Shown: positions 1 through 64,000 of the stretch, piece after piece
Position numbering within the stretch: the stretch's first letter is position 1
Layout: every line of letters starts with the position of its first letter
Source: Octopus bimaculoides
Taxonomy: Eukaryota
Direction: 5' to 3'
Assembly: GCF_001194135.2 (NCBI RefSeq)
Contig: NC_068982.1
Coordinates: forward strand, 143,908,457-143,972,456
Length of the DNA stretch: 64,000 nucleotides
Program-made: the position numbers and the translations under genes
The notes under the pieces: generated by a model
Seen by the model: the letters and a program-made list of their open reading frames with translations, nothing else
Databases searched by the model: none
What the model was told of the DNA's origin: nothing

Positions 1-400
1 CGATTGCCCGATAATGGGAGCTTTCTGTTTTGTTTTTTTTTCAAATTGTTGTGCAATGCTTCCAAATGGTGACAATACTACTCTGCATTAACTGTTTCGG
101 TTTCGTCTAATACTTCAGGATATATGACACCCTTCATATCCCACCAAACTTAGAGTAAAACTTTTTTTCGAGTGCAGTCCTTGTGGAGTGGACTCTCCTA
201 TTTCATTAGTTGTCAACCGTTATCGTTTTCGTTGGTTATGATTAAATAAAACCCACTTTTCATCACTTGTGATAATTCTACCCTGGGAAGCTTCTGAAGC
301 AAGTCTACTCTTCAATGACAAGCAGAGGCAACTCTTTCATTAAGCTGAGAACTTATTCCATAATGAGGGACCAACCTATCAAATTTAGACACTTTTCATA
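1..400 (-). mobile_element. Degraded mariner transposase fragment
   Basis: The minus strand reads RIITSDEKWVLF...GLHSKKVLL*VWWDMKGVIY...TVNAEYYC, the first catalytic D region, with stops. Right end is approximate. Confidence 0.8.
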
Positions 401-440
401 CAGGTGTTTTATGATCGAATGTGTGTGTGTGTGTGTGTGT

Positions 441-715
441 NNNNNNNNNNNNNNNNNNNNNNNNNNNNNNNNNNNNNNNNNNNNNNNNNNNNNNNNNNNN
501 NNNNNNNNNNNNNNNNNNNNNNNNNNNNNNNNNNNNNNNNNNNNNNNNNNNNNNNNNNNNNNNNNNNNNNNNNNNNNNNNNNNNNNNNNNNNNNNNNNNN
601 NNNNNNNNNNNNNNNNNNNNNNNNNNNNNNNNNNNNNNNNNNNNNNNNNNNNNNNNNNNNNNNNNNNNNNNNNNNNNNNNNNNNNNNNNNNNNNNNNNNN
701 NNNNNNNNNNNNNNN
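441..715. other. Assembly gap; further gaps at 5086-5305, 7924-8231, 8871-9172, 18901-19006, 48626-49114
   Basis: Runs of N, mostly abutting microsatellites or young repeats. Confidence 0.99.
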
Positions 716-910
716 CTAATATTTCTTACTGTTTCCATTGGTGAAAAGCCTTTTTTGAATTCACACACGGTAAAATAGATTCGAATTTAAACACTATGAT
801 GTAAAGAAAGAAACGAAAATATTAGAACGCAAAAATTAATGCTATTTCATTGTAAGTATTATAAAAGTCAATTGTCAAAAATGCGAGAGGACTTTCTTTT
901 CAACCCAATA

Positions 911-966
<56 letters not shown>

Positions 967-982
967 CATTTATTTTCATCAG

Positions 983-56853
<55,871 letters not shown>

Positions 56854-59800
56854 CTATAAAAGGTTCCTAAGAAATTATTAATTTGCCTGATTCTAAGTTT
56901 TCTTAGTCATTTTGTTCCAGAATTTCATCAGACAAAAGAAGACTGTTCTGAATCCACACATCTGGGCTGTGTGAAAACTTAGTCAACAACACATTGCTCA
57001 AGGTCTAGCAGGGCTGAGTATACTGGTGTTGACAATGAGTTAACCCAAACTTGTGGCGCTGGAAGATATTATAACAAACTGCAAAAATTTCAGAGAAAAT
57101 ACAAATCTAAATACAGCAGTAGACTTTGTAATCTTCTGAACATATAAGAAAAATGTTTATAATTTTCTATGAAAATGTGATAAATTCATAAGCTTCATAA
57201 AATTCATAATCTTCATAAAATTCATAAACCAATGTAATTTTCAAACATGAAACTTGTATATTATTTTACTTACATTTATTTTTATTCATATTTTTCATCA
57301 ATCAACATCTTCAATCAGATATATTGTTGTTTTGTTTTTTACCAGTATATCAGTATTTAAATCATATTCACAGAAAGTTGGTTTCTATCACAAAGGATAA
57401 TATACTGTATATTGTAGGCAATATTTAACAGGAAGTGTCCATGCTTTGGACAAGAATAATTGATTCCATAAGGAACACAAAAAGCCTCATCTGAAAATCA
57501 AAGCAATGATACTTGCTACTACATACAGGCTACGATATTATATTTAATGGATTTTGAAGGTGATGGATTGAAAGGATCATTAGAGCATCTTTGTTCTAAG
57601 TTCAAATCTCCCCCAAATTAGTTTTGTCTTTCATCTTTTTGGGGTTGATAAAGTACCAGTCATTTACGAGTTAATGTAATTGACTGCTTCCTTTAAAAAT
57701 TGTTGGCCTTGTGCCTATCCTACTAGAGGCAATAATTTTTATTAATTTAATTACAATTCAGTAATTAATATCTTTCCTTACAAAGTATTTTCTGTGACTT
57801 AGGAGTTTCAGTAAATTCTCAAAAATATTTTCCTACATCTAAAAAAAATATAAGTTGGAAACAGGAAAACATTCTTAAAGTTGATTTTGCTTCTTTTTTT
57901 TAAAGCAAACATAATTAATAATTTATACTTTTCAATTAAACTAATACTATTTTTTTAAAATTACATTCTGTTTCTATATTTTATAGAAAACAAAAATAGT
58001 ATATATATATATATATATAAAAGTTATACTCCACCAAAAATTATTACTCTAAGCTGAATTCTCAGATATAAGAGTAGTGTTAATATATTTATTTTCATTC
58101 TAAAACCATTCATACAACAAATAGACAATAGGAAAAATTACAATTCTTCATCGCCACATCACTTAAGTGACATTAACCTTTAATGTTCCACAGTCGTGTG
58201 AATTATTTTAAAGTTTAAGTCTTGGACCAAATGCCGTAACTTTGTGCCTGGAAAGAATGTTGGGTTACACCCAGTTATAAAAGCTTAAGAATCAAGTGAA
58301 TACTAGAGGTCTTCCAATTATTCAGAATCTGTGAAATTACAGTAGTGAGCTTTGGTAATCACTTAACCTGTCAAAAATATTTTTAACACTAAGACAATAG
58401 GAAGTTTTTCATTAATTGACATTTATAAATAAGACAAATATATTGTATGTGGTTATTTCTTTGAAGAGTTAATTATATATCTGAGTGTTTGTTCCAATAA
58501 TATTAGATCTCAAAATGAAGTTATCAAAGCAAAGAATATGAAGAGAACTCAGTCATATGATTATTAAATTGTCTTTAATAGTAAGAGACTGCAAAAAGTG
58601 TTTGTCTCAGTACAGTATCCCTTTGTTATCAACTGGAAGTAAAAAATCATCTACATAGTCACTGTACAGTATGTCTTTGTAACTAATTTGCAATACAAGG
58701 GGACCAGTCATACAACATTAGTAGTAGACAACTATGGTTTTGTATAAAAACAATGTTTCTGTTGGGGTTTTAATTTTGACTACGTTTCAGCTTGTCTGCC
58801 CTCTGTGTTCAGCTAATATATTCCTACCTTTATACTTATATAGCATATAACATTGAAGTAGCTGGGGAAGTATAAACTGATTGAGGCATAGAGTTGTCAG
58901 AGACACAGACAAATCAGGTTAACATCCCAAAAGCCTATGTTACTTATGTAAGAAGTTATCTAAGAAATGTAGACATGCCAAAACTTATTATATTAATTGC
59001 AACACCAAATTCAAATCCTCTTATGGATCTGAAGACATTCATGTGAATTTACTCCAGTGTGTTGTGACTCTTTCATCAACACAGTCACCAGTAGTGACAG
59101 TCATACAACTACTTTGTTTATCAAAGGATCTATGTCTGAAATGCTAGACTTTTCCACTCCTTGCAGCAATCATCCACAAACTCTTAATTTCTGAAACCAT
59201 TGCTGACAATGCCAACACTCAGTGATTACCTTGAATTCTGGATTTTATCCTTAAAACTTCTTTGTTGATTTCTTACTCTCCTTCACAAATCAACATTCCA
59301 TATTTTTACTATGGTTACTCGATTAAGGTACAGTTTTCATGGGAGGACTGTTCCTGGCTTGACAAGATACCATATAACCAGTCTGTAAGTAGGAATCCTA
59401 TTACTTGACTCAAACTGTTTCTGGCCAAAGCACTTAGCCATCAGATGAACCTAGCCACTTAATGAATAGATACCATAGAATGATGGAACATATGCTATAT
59501 GCAATAGCAGCCATGTGAAATTTCTTTTTCATTCATTTACAGTACTGAAACTTCCTGTGAGTTCAGGTCATGATAGAAACACTAATGATGTGACCCTACA
59601 ATCAGTTCTCTCACCACAATTTCAGGATGAACTAGAAAAAAAACTGTTCATTTTACAACCTGATAATAAGAGTTTATTCAATCCATTTATCAATGTAATA
59701 TGCTTATTTATAACAACACATTATGGTAAGATAATTTACTTCATTATTCCATACCACACTTCTCTCATGTTCTATAAATGTTCACTAAAGAATTGCTAAT

Positions 59801-61339
59801 TTGTTATAGTTTCTGAGAGAAAATTCTTCATATCAAATTGTACATTGACCAGGAATCATCTTTATTTTTCCAAATAAAAATATTTTGAAAACTTTGTTTC
59901 ATTTTAAAGCTTTATTGTAAATTAACAGAATTACAATAAAATGAATTCTTTCTGCTTTGTTATATTCATAGTTAATCATTATTTAATTTTACATATACAT
60001 AGGTCCAATGCTTGTCTCAGGTTACCATATTGAGTGGATGTGAGGCAGATACCAATGGAAAGGATACACTCTTTCAGAGGCAAATGTATTTGAAGGAAGA
60101 ATTGAACTTAGCACTACAAGACAATGAAACATTTGTGTGTTACAGTACGATCGCCACTTAGTGATAAATTATATTGCTCTGTATGTCAGGCTATCTATTC
60201 TTGGCTACAGATGACAGGAAACAAAATGTTGACATCTTAGTTGATTGTCTGTACCCTATCATTCATCCATTCATTTTCCTATTATTTAGAAGAGGGAAAG
60301 ATAGTACAACTGGTCAGTGAAGTTCTATTGGTCTAATGAAATTGATGCAGTTAACATTGTTCGGATATCTGTAGTTTATTGGCTGTATGAAAACAGTTCT
60401 AGAGGTTTCAAAGTTTGTAATGCACATCTGAAGCTGTGTGATTAAGAAGCTTGCTTCCCAATCATATGGTCTTGGGTTCAGTCCCACTGTGCGACCTTCA
60501 GCAAATATCTTCTGCTCTAGCCCCAGCCTGACCATGTGAATGGATTTGGTAGACAGAAACTGAAAGAAATCTTCTGTGTGTGTGGTAAATTGTGGTACAG
60601 GAGGATAAAGAAACATGCGGAGAATTGGAAAAAACACAAAGGGCGTAAACACGTTTGCCTCTCATCAGTTATTGAGCAAAAATCATCACAATTTCGACGC
60701 CTTACCAATAATATTGTTCAATTTAGCGCTGTCAACAGCAAAAAGCTGTTGGGTATAAATGAGCAAATATGAAGAACAAAACAAGTACAAAAAGACAGGT
60801 CACTCAACAGAACGGTAAAAAGCAAGTTATGAGGAGAACGGGAAAAAATGTGAAACTAAGAAGCAAGGACAGTGACGAAAAAATAAATATATGATAATCG
60901 ACATAGTTTTTTTTTTTTTTTTAATACATAGAAAGCCTTTAGGTAAAACTAATAAGAAAGAACGCAGTCCTTTCGGATTTGGAAAAATATAGGCAAAACA
61001 TGATAAACGGAAGCAAACTATGAGCTAGAACTAAATTTAAAATCTTAGACAGGGCCTGAAAAACCCAACTGTCTAAGAACGGTCAAGCCAAAAACGATAA
61101 GTAAGTTTTAGAAACAGGATGGTCACGTGGTACGTTTTCGGATGGCAGAGTGAGATTAAGGGAGAAAAAGAGAGAAGAAAGAATAGGAAGAGATGAAACG
61201 AAAAAAAGATAAACAAATACGGAGAAAGAGGGAATGTGGAAAGAAAAAGGGGAAAAAGATAGTTATTGACATGGTAGACAGAGAAGGAAATAGAAAGGTA
61301 AGCAAAAAGAACAGAGAGCAAATAAGTAGGTAAAGACAG

Positions 61340-61668
61340 AATAATAGGAGCAATCCGTCGGTTACGACGACGAGGGTCCCAGCTGATACGATCAAAGGAA
61401 CAGCTTGTTCGTCAAATTAACGTGCAAGTGGCTGAGCACTCCACAGACACGTGTACCCCTAACGTAGTTCTCAGGGAGATTCAGTGTGACACAGAGTGTG
61501 ACAAGGCCGGCCCTTTGAAATACAGGTACTACTCATTTTTGCCAGCTGAGTGGACTGGAGCAACGTGAAATAAAGTGTCTTGCTCAAGGACACAACGTGT
61601 CGCCGGAAATTGAACTCACGACCTTACGATCGTGAGCCGAATGCGCTAACCACTAAGCCACGCGCCTT
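61340..61668 (-). mobile_element. SINE family A, full length
   Basis: Ends CTAACCACTAAGCCACGCGCC on the + strand and carries the CAGCTGAGTGGACTGGAGCAACGTGAAAT core shared with 18732. Confidence 0.88.
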
Positions 61669-62382
61669 CAATAAAGACAGATGGAGAGAAGGAGAGGAAA
61701 TGAAGAAGAAAGGGGGCAGAAAACAAGAAAAAAGATAAAGAGATGGTTAAGTGAGTAAGGTGGATGAAAAAGCAAGAGAAGTAAGGTTATGAAAAAGAAA
61801 AAGACAGACAGGTAAGCTAAAATAGTTGTCGCATGAAATGGAAGAGAAAAAAGTGCCTAGCGTTACATTGTAGTTGTAAATGAGTATCATCGTCATACAA
61901 GCGAGATCGATAGTTTCTCTTCCGTGAAAAACATGTCTAACTATGGGAAAATATCACTTTGCTTGAAAAGAGGTGAGGGTTGGCGACAGGAAGGGCATTC
62001 GGCTGTACAAAAACTGCCTCAACAAATTCCGTCTGACTCATGCAGGAATGGAAAAGTGGATGTTATATGATGATGAATTAAAGGTGACACGCAATGGAGA
62101 AGAGAAGCAGATTTATCACGTGAAATGGATTGTAGTTTGCTAACTGAGGACTCGAAGTAACAAATGCTCATTTTGTCATAATTGAACATGAGGTTGTTCC
62201 TAGAAAACGAAACTATTAAAGAGAAAATTTGAATGCGAAAAATGTTTGTCTTTGTTTTTGATTTTTTACTAATCTTAATTAAAGATGTTTAAAAAGGGAA
62301 ATCCGAAGAAATTTTCTTTAAAAAAATAACGAAATATGAAAATGTTCTATAACCGGCTCCAGCATGGTCACAGCCTCTAGCT

Positions 62383-62729
62383 CAGTGGTTCTCAACCATT
62401 TTTTATCTATGGAGCCCTTTGATTACGATTTTACTCTGGTGGGCCCCTACAACCATTCGATGCTTATAAACTAGTTTTATAGATACTTCTTTCAAAATTC
62501 CTATTTTGCTTTTGACACATTAACTTGTGGTAAGTTGAACTAAGCAAAATGTTTGAGAAAGGAATTTAGCTGTTTCTTGCAATATCAAGATCTAAATCAA
62601 ACCTTTATCGTGGGCCCTTAAAATACTACCGTGGATCCCCAATTTACTATTTTGCTTGTTTAGACCCCGCCATCCAATCTTAGATGGACCCCCACCAGGG
62701 GTCGCATGGATCCGGGTTGAAAACCACTG
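62383..62729. mobile_element. hAT MITE inserted in a SINE-tail remnant
   Basis: TIR CAGTGGTTCTCAACC / CAGTGGTTTTCAACC; TSD CTCTAGCT / CTCTAGCC (7 of 8). Confidence 0.88.
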
Positions 62730-62889
62730 CTCTAGCCGAAACCAGTAACAGTACTTGTGTGTGTGCGCGCACGCTCGTGTATTGGAACTCCTTCTGATAC
62801 GGTGTTCTTAGGTTTATTTCTTTTCTTTTCTTCCCAGAAAATAAAGTTTATGCGTTAAACATAAATAAATAATTACCATAACTGGTAAG

Positions 62890-62998
62890 AAGTGTGGTAA
62901 AAAATTTGCTTTCCGGGTTCAATCCCACTGCGTAACACCTCGAGCCTATCAAAACTTTGTTAGTGGATTTGGTATATGGAAACTGAAAGAAGCCCGTC

Positions 62999-63037
<39 letters not shown>

Positions 63038-63218
63038 ACCACCGCTTGACAACTGGTTTTGGTGTGTCTACGTGCCCATAACTTAACGGTTCTGCAAAAG
63101 AGACCGATAGAATAGGAGCTAGGCTTTAAAAAGTACTGGGGTTGATTCATTAGATTAAAAATTCTTCAAGGTGGTACCCCAGTATGGCCACAGTCATGTG
63201 ACTGAAACAAGAAAAAGA
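62890..63218 (+). mobile_element. SINE family B
   Basis: GGGTTCAATCCCACTGCG...GGAAACTGAAAGAAGCCCGTCGTAT...GCTTGACAAC...GACTGAAACAAG. Confidence 0.82.
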
Positions 63219-63509
63219 TAATTACGTTTGGCGTCAGTCAACATCCTCTCTGCATGGTAGCGTTTACGAACACTGACGAACGTCAAGTACAGAAACCTAT
63301 GATTTGCCAAGCTCTGATGAGCAATATCACATTTTTTTTATTTCATCTTTCTCTCAGGAAGAAAATTTCTAAACAACACTTTTTGCTCTAATGGAGCTTT
63401 AGAAATGAAGAAGCACCCGTGACTTAAATGTTTCAATTGAAACTTATTATCACTTTGTTTTTCATTATTTAGCGAGTTTATTTTGCTCATAAAAAAATCA
63501 TTTCTAATT

Positions 63510-63858
63510 ATTACCTCCGCCTTAGCGAAGGCAGAGGTATTGTTTTCAGCCGTGTTTGTTTGTTTGTCCATGGACAAGATATCTCAAGAACCGCTGCATG
63601 GATTCGGATGAAACTTTCAGGTATGTTTGGTCTTGTGACTGGCATGAACTGATTAGATTTTGGGATCGCTTCTGAATTATTTTTCCTGTTTTTTTACTTA
63701 ATTTTTGAGAGCGGTCGGTTTCATTTTTAGTATTCTCGTTTGTGAGAGCAGTCGAGTTTATTTCAGATATTCTCATTTTAAAAATCATCTCCGGCTAATC
63801 GTTGAGAGGACGTTAGTGTTGTATTGGCGGAGGTTTGCGCTCTTTGAGTACTCTTGTT
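63510..63858 (+). mobile_element. Helentron-associated (HINE/DINE-1-like) non-autonomous element
   Basis: 5' ATTACCTCCGCC hairpin, (TTTG)n microsatellite, GGATTCGGATGAAACTTTCAGG core, 3' sub-TIR GGCGGAGGT plus a short palindrome, T-rich insertion site. Confidence 0.7.
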
Positions 63859-63894
63859 GAATATAATTTTCTTTTATTATTAATACTGGTAAAT

Positions 63895-64000
63895 AAGGTA
63901 GCGAGCTGGCAGAATCGTTAGCATACAGCACGAAATGCTTACATTCTGAGTTCAAATTCCACCAAAGTCAACTTTGTCTTTCGTCCTTTCGAGGTCGATA
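63895..64000 (+). mobile_element. SINE family C, cut by the window end
   Basis: GGTAGCGAGCTGGCAGAATCGTTAGCA...TTCTGAGTTCAAATTCC...GAGGTCGATA. Confidence 0.8.

Noticed and set aside
60021-60161. 46-codon open frame after a tctcag acceptor, downstream of CPED1
   Set aside because: No recognisable homology and no partner exons found; within chance expectation.

Overview
Eukaryotic, AT-rich, microsatellite-dense genomic DNA with six N-gaps. The SINE, RTE and mariner repertoire looks octopus-like (taxon is my inference). The window is dominated by one multi-exon + strand gene, an orthologue of CPED1 (cadherin-like and PC-esterase domain-containing protein 1). I rebuilt 21 GT-AG exons (983-56853) with consistent splice phases, giving 3030 nt including the stop (1009 aa, 5'-partial; the N-terminal exons are outside the window or in a gap). 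The introns hold tRNA-derived SINEs (three families, my labels A/B/C), RTE LINE fragments, several Tc1/mariner remnants, hAT and other MITEs, Helentron-type elements, and a 2.15 kb Penelope-like element with inverted terminal pseudo-LTRs. Those pseudo-LTRs carry decayed minimal hammerhead ribozymes, one lying sense to the host pre-mRNA about 108 nt upstream of exon 7. Most ORF-track entries are artefacts of microsatellites, N-runs or repeats. I found no CRISPR array, rRNA, true tRNA gene or wholly novel multi-gene system. Homology statements come from my recollection of these families, not from database searches.
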